Positions 40,157-53,200 of a stretch of 64,000 nucleotides of DNA are shown piece after piece. The notes under the pieces were generated by a model. That model worked only from the letters and a program-made list of their open reading frames with translations, ran no database searches and was not told the DNA's origin. A program made the translations under genes and the position numbers. Where the stretch lies: the NCBI GenBank assembly GCA_964016885.1, contig OZ024741.1, forward strand, positions 248,000,001 to 248,064,000. The letters run 5' to 3'. Numbering within the stretch: the stretch's first letter is position 1; every line of letters starts with the position of its first letter. This DNA comes from Eledone cirrhosa. Its lineage: Eukaryota.

Positions 40157-43100
40157 AAATTATCTCCCCTTGGACGGCTGGAAATTATCTCCCTTTGGAC
40201 GGCTGGAAATTATCTCCCCTTGGACGGCTAGAAATTATCTCTCCTTGGACGGCTGAAAATTATCTCCCCTTGGACGGCTGCAAATTATCTCCCCTTGATT
40301 TTTTTTACAAATTATCTCCCCCTGATTTTTTTTACAAATTATCTCCCCCTGATTTTTTTTACAAATTATCTACCCCTGATTTTTTTTACAAATTATCTCC
40401 CCCTGATTTTTTTTTACAAATTATCTCCCTCTGATTTTTTTTTACAAATTATCTCCCCCTGATTTTTTTTTTACAAATTATCTCCCCCTGATTTTTTTAC
40501 AAATTATCTCCCCCTGATTTTTTTACAAATTATCTCCCCCTGATTTCTTTTACAATCTCCGCCTGATTTTTTTAAAAATTATCTTCCCTTGGCTGGCGGG
40601 AAATTATCTCCCCTTGGACGGCTGGAAATTATCTCCCCTTGGAAGGATGGAAATTATCTCCCCTTGGACGGCTGGAAATTATCTCCCTTTGATTTTTTTT
40701 ACAAATTATCTCCCTCTGATTTTTTTTACAAATCTCCCCCTGATTTTTTTAAAAAAATTATCTCCCCTTCGCTGGCTGGAAATTATCTCCCCTTGGACAC
40801 TGGAAATTATAGCCCCTTGGAGGGCTGGAAATTATCTTCTCTTGGACGGCTGGAAATTATCTCCCCTTGATTTTTTTTACAAATTATCTCCGCCTGATTT
40901 TTTTTTTAAATTATCTCTCCTTGGACGGCTGGAAATTATCTCCCCTTGATTTTTTAAAAAATTATCTCCCCTTGGAAGGCTGGAAATTATGTCCCCTTGG
41001 CTGGAAATTATCTCCCCTTGGACGGCTAGAAATTATCTCTCTTTGGACGGCTGGAAATTATCACCCCTTGAGTTTTTTTACAAATTATCTCCCCCTGATT
41101 TTTTTTACAAATCTCCCAGTGATTTTTTAAAAAAAATTATCTCCCCTTCGCTGGCTGGAAATTATCTCCTCTTGGACGCTGGAAATTATAGCCCCTTGGA
41201 GGGCTGGAAATTATCTTTCCTTGGACGGCTGGAAATTATCTCCCCTTGATTTTTTTTACAAATTATCTCCCCCTGATTTTTTTTACAAATTATCTCCCCC
41301 TGATTTTTTTTTACAAATTATCTGCGCCTGATTTTTTTTAAAAAATTATCTCCCCTTGGACGGCTGGAAATTATCTCCCCTTGGACGGCTGGAAATTATC
41401 TCTCCTTGGACGGCTAGAATTTACCTCTCCTTGGACGGCTGAAAATTATCTCCCCTTGGACGGCTGGAAATTACCTCCCCTTGATTTTTTTTACAAATTA
41501 TCTCCCCCTGATTTTTTTTTACAAATTATCTCCCCCTGATTTTTTTTTACAAATTATCTCCCCCTGATTTTTTTTTACAAATTATCTCCCCCTGATTTTT
41601 TTTACAAATTATCTCCCCTTGGCTGGCTGGAAATTATCTCCCCTTGGAGGCTGGAACTTATCTCCCCTTGGACGGCTAGAAATTACCTCTCCTTGGACGG
41701 CTGGAAAATATGTCTCCTTGGACGGCTGGAAATTATCTCCCCTTGGACGGCTGGAAATTATCTCCCTTGGACGGCTGGAAATTATCTCCCCTTGGATGGC
41801 TAGATATTACGTCCCCTTGGACGGCTGGAAATTATCTCCCCTTGATTTTTTTTAGAAATTATCTCCCCCTGATTTTTTTTACAAATTATCTCCCCCTGAT
41901 TTTTTATTACAAATTATCTCCCCCTGATTTTTGTTTACAAATTATCTCCGCCTGATTTTTTTTTAAAAATTATCTCCCCTTGGACGGCTGGAAATTATCT
42001 CCCCTTGGACGGCTAGAAATTACCTCTCCTTGGACGGCTGAAAATTATCTCCACTTGGACGGCTGGAAATTATCTCCCCTTGATTTTTTTACAAATTATC
42101 TCCCCCTGATTTTTTTTACAAATTATCTACCCCTGATTTTTTTTTACAAATTATCTACCCCTGATTTTTTTTTACAAATTATCTCCCCCTGATTTTTTTT
42201 ACAAATTATCTCCCCCTGATTTTTTTTTTACAAATTATCTCCCCCTGATTTTTTTACAAATTATCTCCCCCTGATTTTTTTTACAAATTATCTCCGCCTG
42301 ATTTTTTTAAATATTATCTCTCCTTGGCTGGCGGGAAATTATCTCCCCTTGGACGGCTGGAAATTATCTCCCCTTGGAAGGATGGAAATTATCTCCCCTT
42401 GGACGGCTGGAAATTATCTACCCCTGATTTTTTTTACAAATTATCTCCCCCTGATTTTTTTTACAAATTATCTCCCCCTGATTTTTTTTTACAAATTATC
42501 TACCCCTGATTTTTTTTACAAATTATCTCCCCCTGATTTTTTTTACAAATTATCTCCCCCTGATTTTTTTTTTACAAATTATCTCCCCCTGATTTTTTTA
42601 CAAATTATCTCCCCCTGATTTTTTTTACAAATTATCTCCCCTTGGAGGCTGGAATTTATCTCCCCTTGGACGGCTAGAAATTACCTCTCCTTGGACGGCT
42701 GGAAAATATGTCTCCTTGGACGGCTGGATATTATCTCCCCTTGGACGGCTGAAAATTATCTCCCCTTGGACGGCTGGAAATTATCTCCCCTTGATTTTTT
42801 TTACAAATTATCTCCCCCTGATTTTTTTTTACAAATTATCTCTCCCTGATTTTTTTTACAAATTATCTCCCCCTGATTTTTTTTTACAAATTTTCTGCCG
42901 CTGATTTTTTTTACAAATTATCTCCCCTTGGAGGCTGGAATTTATCTCCCCTTGGACGGCTAGAAATTACCTCTCCTTGGACGGCTGGAAAATATGTCTC
43001 CTTGGACGGCTGGATATTATCTCCCCTTGGACGGCTGGAAATTATCTCCCCATGGACGGCTGGAAATTATCTCCCCTTGGACGGCTAGAAATTATCTCTC

Positions 43101-46100
43101 CTTGGACGGCTGAAAATTATCTCCCCTTGGACGGCTGCAAATTATCTCCCCTTGATTTTTTTTATAAATTATCTCCCCCTGATTTTTTTTACAAATTATC
43201 TCCCCCTGATTTTTTTTACAAATTATCTACCCCTGATTTTTTTTACAAATTATCTCCCCCTGATTTTTTTTTACAAATTATCTACCTCTGATTTTTTTTT
43301 ACAAATTATCTCCCCCTGATTTTTTTTTTACAAATTAACTTCCCCTGATTTTTTTACAAATTATCTCCCCCTGATTTTTTTTACAATCTCCGCCTGATTT
43401 TTTTAAAAATTATCTTCCCTTGGCTGGCGGGAAATTATCTCCCCTTGGACGGCTGGAAATTATCTCCCCTTGGAAGGATGGAAATTATCTCCCCTTGGAC
43501 GGCTGGAAATTATCTCCCCTTGCACGGCTGGAAATTATCTCCCCTTGGCTGGAAATTATCTCCCCTTGGACGGCTAGAAATTATCTCTCTTTGGACGGCT
43601 GGAAATTATCACCCCTTGAGTTTTTTACAAATTATCTCCCCCTGATTTTTTTTACAAATCTCCCAGTGATTTTTTAAAAAAATTATCTCCCCTTGGACGG
43701 CTGGAAATTATCTCCCCTTGGACGGCTGGAAATTATCTCCCTTTGGACGGCTGGAAATTATCTCCCCTTGGACGGCTAGAAATTATCTCTCCTTGGACGG
43801 CTGAAAATTATCTCCCCTTGGACGGCTGCAAATTATCTCCCCTTGATTTTTTTTACAAATTATCTCCCCCTGATTTTTTTTACAAATTATCTCCCCCTGA
43901 TTTTTTTTACAAATTATCTACCCCTGATTTTTTTTACAAATTATCTCCCCCTGATTTTTTTTTACAAATTATCTCCCTCTGATTTTTTTTTACAAATTAT
44001 CTCCCCCTGATTTTTTTTTTACAAATTATCTCCCCCTGATTTTTTTACAAATTATCTCCCCCTGATTTTTTTACAAATTATCTCCCCCTGATTTCTTTTA
44101 CAATCTCCGCCTGATTTTTTTAAAAATTATCTTCCCTTGGCTGGCGGGAAATTATCTCCCCTTGGACGGCTGGAAATTATCTCCCCTTGGAAGGATGGAA
44201 ATTATCTCCCCTTGGACGGCTGGAAATTATCTCCCTTTGATTTTTTTTACAAATTATCTCCCTCTGATTTTTTTTACAAATCTCCCCCTGATTTTTTTAA
44301 AAAAATTATCTCCCCTTCGCTGGCTGGAAATTATCTCCCCTTGGACACTGGAAATTATAGCCCCTTGGAGGGCTGGAAATTATCTTCTCTTGGACGGCTG
44401 GAAATTATCTCCCCTTGATTTTTTTTACAAATTATCTCCGCCTGATTTTTTTTTTAAATTATCTCTCCTTGGACGGCTGGAAATTATCTCCCCTTGATTT
44501 TTTAAAAAATTATCTCCCCTTGGAAGGCTGGAAATTATGTCCCCTTGGCTGGAAATTATCTCCCCTTGGACGGCTAGAAATTATCTCTCTTTGGACGGCT
44601 GGAAATTATCACCCCTTGAGTTTTTTTACAAATTATCTCCCCCTGATTTTTTTTACAAATCTCCCAGTGATTTTTTAAAAAAAATTATCTCCCCTTCGCT
44701 GGCTGGAAATTATCTCCTCTTGGACGCTGGAAATTATAGCCCCTTGGAGGGCTGGAAATTATCTTTCCTTGGACGGCTGGAAATTATCTCCCCTTGATTT
44801 TTTTTACAAATTATCTCCCCCTGATTTTTTTTACAAATTATCTCCCCCTGATTTTTTTTTACAAATTATCTGCGCCTGATTTTTTTTAAAAAATTATCTC
44901 CCCTTGGACGGCTGGAAATTATCTCCCCTTGGACGGCTGGAAATTATCTCTCCTTGGACGGCTAGAATTTACCTCTCCTTGGACGGCTGAAAATTATCTC
45001 CCCTTGGACGGCTGGAAATTACCTCCCCTTGATTTTTTTTACAAATTATCTCCCCCTGATTTTTTTTTACAAATTATCTCCCCCTGATTTTTTTTTACAA
45101 ATTATCTCCCCCTGATTTTTTTTTACAAATTATCTCCCCCTGATTTTTTTTACAAATTATCTCCCCTTGGCTGGCTGGAAATTATCTCCCCTTGGAGGCT
45201 GGAACTTATCTCCCCTTGGACGGCTAGAAATTACCTCTCCTTGGACGGCTGGAAAATATGTCTCCTTGGACGGCTGGAAATTATCTCCCCTTGGACGGCT
45301 GGAAATTATCTCCCTTGGACGGCTGGAAATTATCTCCCCTTGGATGGCTAGATATTACGTCCCCTTGGACGGCTGGAAATTATCTCCCCTTGATTTTTTT
45401 TAGAAATTATCTCCCCCTGATTTTTTTTACAAATTATCTCCCCCTGATTTTTTATTACAAATTATCTCCCCCTGATTTTTGTTTACAAATTATCTCCGCC
45501 TGATTTTTTTTTAAAAATTATCTCCCCTTGGACGGCTGGAAATTATCTCCCCTTGGACGGCTAGAAATTACCTCTCCTTGGACGGCTGAAAATTATCTCC
45601 ACTTGGACGGCTGGAAATTATCTCCCCTTGATTTTTTTACAAATTATCTCCCCCTGATTTTTTTTACAAATTATCTACCCCTGATTTTTTTTTACAAATT
45701 ATCTACCCCTGATTTTTTTTTACAAATTATCTCCCCCTGATTTTTTTTACAAATTATCTCCCCCTGATTTTTTTTTTACAAATTATCTCCCCCTGATTTT
45801 TTTACAAATTATCTCCCCCTGATTTTTTTTACAAATTATCTCCGCCTGATTTTTTTAAATATTATCTCTCCTTGGCTGGCGGGAAATTATCTCCCCTTGG
45901 ACGGCTGGAAATTATCTCCCCTTGGAAGGATGGAAATTATCTCCCCTTGGACGGCTGGAAATTATCTACCCCTGATTTTTTTTACAAATTATCTCCCCCT
46001 GATTTTTTTTACAAATTATCTCCCCCTGATTTTTTTTTACAAATTATCTACCCCTGATTTTTTTTACAAATTATCTCCCCCTGATTTTTTTTACAAATTA

Positions 46101-47252
46101 TCTCCCCCTGATTTTTTTTTTACAAATTATCTCCCCCTGATTTTTTTACAAATTATCTCCCCCTGATTTTTTTTACAAATTATCTCCCCTTGGAGGCTGG
46201 AATTTATCTCCCCTTGGACGGCTAGAAATTACCTCTCCTTGGACGGCTGGAAAATATGTCTCCTTGGACGGCTGGATATTATCTCCCCTTGGACGGCTGA
46301 AAATTATCTCCCCTTGGACGGCTGGAAATTATCTCCCCTTGATTTTTTTTACAAATTATCTCCCCCTGATTTTTTTTTACAAATTATCTCTCCCTGATTT
46401 TTTTTACAAATTATCTCCCCCTGATTTTTTTTTACAAATTTTCTGCCGCTGATTTTTTTTACAAATTATCTCCCCTTGGAGGCTGGAATTTATCTCCCCT
46501 TGGACGGCTAGAAATTACCTCTCCTTGGACGGCTGGAAAATATGTCTCCTTGGACGGCTGGATATTATCTCCCCTTGGACGGCTGGAAATTATCTCCCCA
46601 TGGACGGCTGGAAATTATCTCCCCTTGGACGGCTAGAAATTATCTCTCCTTGGACGGCTGAAAATTATCTCCCCTTGGACGGCTGCAAATTATCTCCCCT
46701 TGATTTTTTTTATAAATTATCTCCCCCTGATTTTTTTTACAAATTATCTCCCCCTGATTTTTTTTACAAATTATCTACCCCTGATTTTTTTTACAAATTA
46801 TCTCCCCCTGATTTTTTTTTACAAATTATCTACCTCTGATTTTTTTTTACAAATTATCTCCCCCTGATTTTTTTTTTACAAATTAACTTCCCCTGATTTT
46901 TTTACAAATTATCTCCCCCTGATTTTTTTTACAATCTCCGCCTGATTTTTTTAAAAATTATCTTCCCTTGGCTGGCGGGAAATTATCTCCCCTTGGACGG
47001 CTGGAAATTATCTCCCCTTGGAAGGATGGAAATTATCTCCCCTTGGACGGCTGGAAATTATCTCCCCTTGCACGGCTGGAAATTATCTCCCCTTGGCTGG
47101 AAATTATCTCCCCTTGGACGGCTAGAAATTATCTCTCTTTGGACGGCTGGAAATTATCACCCCTTGAGTTTTTTACAAATTATCTCCCCCTGATTTTTTT
47201 TACAAATCTCCCAGTGATTTTTTAAAAAAATTATCTCCCCTTGGACGGCTGG
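40157..47252 (+). repeat. Near-perfect tandem duplication, 2 x 3,548 bp (40157-43704; 43705-47252)
   Basis: Constant offset of 3,548 for ORF pairs 40195/43743 to 43445/46993. Private variants are shared at 40547/44095, 41170/44718, 41811/45359 and 42893/46441. Confidence 0.95.
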
Positions 47253-50200
47253 AAATTATCTCCCCTTGGACGGCTGGAAATTATCTCGCCTTGGACGGCT
47301 AGAATTTACCTCTCCTTGGACGGCTGAAAATTATCTCCCCTTGGGCGGCTGGAAATTATCTCCCCTTGATTTTTTTTACAAATTATCTCCCCCTGATTTT
47401 TTTTACAAATTATCTCCCCCTGATTTTTTTTTACAAATTATCTGCCGCTGATTTTTTTTACAAATTATCTCCCCTTGGAGGCTGGAATTTATCTCCCCTT
47501 GGACGGCTAGAATTTACCTCTCCTTGGACGGCTGAAAATTATCTCCCCTTGGACGGCTGGAAATTATCTCCCCTTGATTTTTTTTACAAATTATCTTCCT
47601 CTGATTTTTTTTTACAAATTATCTCCCCCTGATTTTTTTTTACAAATTATCTCCCCCTGATTTTTTTTTACAAATTATCTCCCCCTGATTTTTTTTACAA
47701 ATTATCTCCCCCCTGATTTTTTTACAAATTATCTCCCCTTGGCTGGCTGGAAATTATCTCCCCTTGGAGGCTGGAACTTATCTCCCCTTGGACGGCTAGA
47801 AATTACCTCTCCTTGGACGGCTGGAAAATATGTCTCCTTGGACGGACGGATATTATCTCCCCTTGGACGGCTGGAAATTATCTCCCCTTGGACGGCTGGA
47901 AATTATCTCCCCTTGGATGGCTAGATATTACCTCCCCTTGGACGGCTGGAAATTATCTCCCCTTGATTTTTTTTACAAATTATCTCCCCCTGATTTTTTT
48001 TTACAAATTATCTCCCCCTGATTTTTTTTTTAAAATTATCTCCCCCTGATTTTTGTTTACAAATTATCTCCGCCTGATTTTTTTTAAAAAATTATCTACC
48101 CTTGGACGGCTGGAAATTATCTCCCCTTGGACGGCTGGAAATTATATCTCCTTGGACGGCTAGAATTTACCTCTCCTTGGACGGCTGAAAATTATCTCCC
48201 CTTGGACGGCTGGAAATTATCTCCCCTTGATTTTTTTTACAAATTATCTCCCCCTGATTTTTTTTTACAAATTATCTCCCCCTGATTTTTTTTTACAAAT
48301 TATCTCCCCCTGATTTTTTTTTACAAATTATCTCCCCCTGATTTTTTTACAAATTATCTCCCCTTGGCTGGCTGGAAATTATCTCCCCTTGGAGGCTGGA
48401 ACTTATCTCCCCTTGGACGGCTAGAAATTACCTCTCCTTGGACGGCTGGAAAATATGTCTCCTTGGACGGCTGGATATTATCTCCCCTTGGACGGCTGGA
48501 AATTATCTCCCCTTGGACGGCTGGAAATTATCTCCCCTTGGATGGCTAGATATTACCTCCCCTTGGACGGCTGGAAATTATCTCCCTTTGATTTTTTTTA
48601 CAAATTATCTCCCCCTTATTTTTTTTACAAATTATCTCCCCCTGATTTTTTTTTACAAATTATCTCCCCCTGATTTTTGTTTACAAATTATCTCCGCCTG
48701 ATTTTTTTTAAAAAATTATCTCCCCTTGGACGGCTGGAAATTATCTCCCCTTGGACGGCTAGAAATTACCTCTCCTTGGACGGCTGAAAATTATCTCCCC
48801 TTGGACGGCTGGAAATTATCTCCCCTTGATTTTTTTACAAATTATCTCCCCCCGATTTTTTTTTTACAAATTATCTCCCCCTGATTTTTTTTTACAAATT
48901 ATCTACCCCTGATTTTTTTTTACAAATTATCTCCCCCTGATTTTTTTTACAAATTATCTCCCCCTGATTTTTTTTTTACAAATTATCTCCCCCTGATTTT
49001 TTTACAAATTATCTCCCCCTGATTTTTTTTACAAATTATCTCCGCCTGATTTTTTTAAATATTATCTCTCCTTGGCTGGCGGGAAATTATCTCCCCTTGG
49101 ACGGCTGGAAATTATCTCCCCTTGGAAGGATGGAAATTATCTCCCCTTGGACGGCTGGAAATTATCTACCCCTGATTTTTTTTACAAATTATCTCCCCCT
49201 GATTTTTTTTACAAATTATCTCCCCCTGATTTTTTTTACAAATTATCTACCCCTGATTTTTTTTACAAATTATCTCCCCCTGATTTTTTTTACAAATTAT
49301 CTCCCCCTGATTTTTTTTTTACAAATTATCTCCCCCTGATTTTTTTACAAATTATCTCCCCCTGATTTTTTTTACAAATTATCTCCGCCTGATTTTTTTA
49401 AATATTATCTTCCCTTGGCTGGCGGGAAATTATCTCCCCTTGGACGGCTGAAAATTATCTCCCCTTGGACGGCTGGAAATTATCTCCCCTTGATTTTTTT
49501 ACAAATTATCTCCCCCTGATTTTTTTTTTACAAATTATCTCAGCCTGATTTTTTTTACAAATTATCTCCCCCTGATTTTTTTTTTACAAATTATCTCCCC
49601 CTGATTTTTTTACAAATTATCTCCCCCTGATTTTTTTTACAAATTATCTCCGCCTGATTTTTTTAAATATTATCTCTCCTTGGCTGGCGGGAAATTATCT
49701 CCCCTTGGACGGCTGGAAATTATCTCCCCTTGGAAGGATGGAAATTATCTCCCCTTGGACGGCTGGAAATTATCTACCCCTGATTTTTTTTACAAATTAT
49801 CTCCCCCTGATTTATTTTACAAATTATCTCCCACTGATTTTTTTTTTAAAAATTATCTCCCCCTGATTTTTTTACAAATTATCTCCCCCTGATTTTTTTT
49901 ACAAATTATCTCCGCCTGATTTTTTTAAATATTATCTTACCTTGGCTGGCGGGAAATTATCTCCCCTTGGACGGCTGAAAATTATCTCCCCTTGGACAGC
50001 TGGAAATTATCTCCCCTTGATTTTTTTTACAAATTATCTCCCCCTGATTTTTTTTTACAAATTATCTCCGCCTGATTTTTAAAAAAAAATTATCTCCCCT
50101 TCGCTGGCTGGAAATTATCTCCCCTTGGACGCTGGAAATTATAGCCCCTTGGAGGGCTGGAAATTATCTTCCCTTGGACGGCTGGAAATTATCTCCCCTT

Positions 50201-53200
50201 GATTTTTTTTACAAATTATCTCCCCCTGATTTTTTTTTACAAATTATCTCCCCCTGATTTTTTTTTACAAATTATCTCCCCCTGATTTTTTTTTTACAAA
50301 TTATCTCCGCCTGATTTTTTTAAAAAAATTATCTCCCCTTGGACGGCTGGAAATTATCTCCCTTTGGACGGCTGGAAATTATCTCCCCTTGGACGGCTAG
50401 AAATTATCTCTCCTTGGACGGCTGAAAATTATCTCCCCTTGGACGGCTGCAAATTATCTCCCCTTGATTTTTTTTACAAATTATCTCCCCCTGATTTTTT
50501 TTACAAATTATCTCCCCCTGATTTTTTTTACAAATTATCTACCCCTGATTTTTTTTACAAATTATCTCCCCCTGATTTTTTTTTACAAATTATCTCCCTC
50601 TGATTTTTTTTTACAAATTATCTCCCCCTGATTTTTTTTTTACAAATTATCTCCCCCTGATTTTTTTACAAATTATCTCCCCCTGATTTTTTTACAATCT
50701 CCGCCTGATTTTTTTAAAAATTATCTTCCCTTGGCTGGCGGGAAATTATCTCCCCTTGGACGGCTGGAAATTATCTCCCCTTGGAAGGATGGAAATTATC
50801 TCCCCTTGGACGGCTGGAAATTATCTCCCTTTGATTTTTTTTACAAATTATCTCCCTCTGATTTTTTTTACAAATCTCCCCCTGATTTTTTTAAAAAAAT
50901 TATCTCACCTTCGCTGGCTGGAAATTATCTCCCCTTGGACACTGGAAATTATAGCCCCTTGGAGGGCTGGAAATTATCTTCTCTTGGACGGCTGGAAATT
51001 ATCTCCCCTTGATTTTTTTTACAAATTATCTCCGCCTGATTTTTTTTTAAAATTATCTCTCCTTGGACGGCTGGAAATTATCTCCCCTTGATTTTTTAAA
51101 AAATTATCTCCCCTTGGAAGGCTGGAAATTATGTCCCCTTGGCTGGAAATTATCTCCCCTTGGACGGCTAGAAATTATCTCTCTTTGGACGGCTGGAAAT
51201 TATCACCCCTTGAGTTTTTTTACAAATTATCTCCCCCTGATTGTTTTTACAAATCTCCCAGTGATTTTTTAAAAAAAATTATCTCCCCTTCGCTGGCTGG
51301 AAATTATCTCCCCTTGGACGCTGGAAATTATAGCCCCTTGGAGGGCTGGAAATTATCTTTCCTTGGACGGCTGGAAATTATCTCCCCTTGATTTTTTTTA
51401 CAAATTATCTCCCCCTGATTTTTTTTTACAAATTATCTGCGCCTGATTTTTTTTAAAAAATTATCTCCCCTTGGACGGCTGGAAATTATCTCCCCTTGGA
51501 CGGCTGGAAATTATCTCTCCTTGGACGGCTAGAATTTACCTCTCCTTGGACGGCTGAAAATTATCTCCCCTTGGACGGCTGGAAATTACCTCCCCTTGAT
51601 TTTTTTTACAAATTATCTCCCCCTGATTTTTTTTTACAAATTATCTCCCCCTGATTTTTTTTTACAAATTATCTCCCCCTGATTTTTTTTTACAAATTAT
51701 CTCCCCCTGATTTTTTTTACAAATTATCTCCCCTTGGCTGGCTGGAAATTATCTCCCCTTGGAGGCTGGAACTTATCTCCCCTTGGACGGCTAGAAATTA
51801 CCTCTCCTTGGACGGCTGGAAAATATGTCTCCTTGGACGGCTGGAAATTATCTCCCCTTGGACGGCTGGAAATTATCTCCCTTGGACGGCTGGAAATTAT
51901 CTCCCCTTGGATGGCTAGATATTACCTCCCCTTGGACGGCTGGAAATTATCTCCCCTTGATTTTTTTTAGAAATTATCTCCCCCTGATTTTTTTTTAAAA
52001 ATTATCTCCCCCTGATTTTTTATTACAAATTATCTCCCCCTGATTTTTGTTTACAAATTATCTCCGCCTGATTTTTTTTTTTAAATTATCTCCCCTTGGA
52101 CGGCTGGAAATTATCTCCCCTTGGACGGCTAGAAATTACCTCTCCTTGGACGGCTGAAAATTATCTCCACTTGGACGGCTGGAAATTATCTCCCCTTGAT
52201 TTTTTTACAAATTATCTCCCCCTGATTTTTTTTTACAAATTATCTACCCCTGATTTTTTTTTACAAATTATCTACCCCTGATTTTTTTTTACAAATTATC
52301 TCCCCCTGATTTTTTTTACAAATTATCTCCCCCTGATTTTTTTTTTACAAATTATCTCCCCCTGATTTTTTTACAAATTATCTCCCCCTGATTTTTTTTA
52401 CAAATTATCTCCGCCTGATTTTTTTAAATATTATCTCTCCTTGGCTGGCGGGAAATTATCTCCCCTTGGACGGCTGGAAATTATCTCCCCTTGGAAGGAT
52501 GGAAATTATCTCCCCTTGGACGGCTGGAAATTATCTACCCCTGATTTTTTTTACAAATTATCTCCCCCTGATTTTTTTTACAAATTATCTCCCCCTGATT
52601 TTTTTTTACAAATTATCTACCCCTGATTTTTTTTACAAATTATCTCCCCCTGATTTTTTTTACAAATTATCTCCCCCTGATTTTTTTTTTACAAATTATC
52701 TCCCCCTGATTTTTTTACAAATTATCTCCCCCTGATTTTTTTTACAAATAATCTCCCCTTGGAGGCTGGAATTTATCTCCCCTTGGACGGCTAGAAATTA
52801 CCTCTCCTTGGACGGCTGGAAAATATGTCTCCTTGGACGGCTGGATATTATCTCCCCTTGGACGGCTGAAAATTATCTCCCCTTGGACGGCTGGAAATTA
52901 TCTCCCCTTGATTTTTTTTACAAATTATCTCCACCTGATTTTTTTTTACAAATTATCTCCCCCTGATTTTTTTTACAAATTATCTCCCCCTGATTTTTTT
53001 TTACAAATTATCTGCCGCTGATTTTTTTTACAAATTATCTCCCCTTGGAGGCTGGAATTTATCTCCCCTTGGACGGCTAGAAATTACCTCTCCTTGGACG
53101 GCTGGAAAATATGTCTCCTTGGACGGCTGGATATTATCTCCCCTTGGACGGCTGGAAATTATCTCCCCATGGACGGCTGGAAATTATCTCCCCTTGGACG

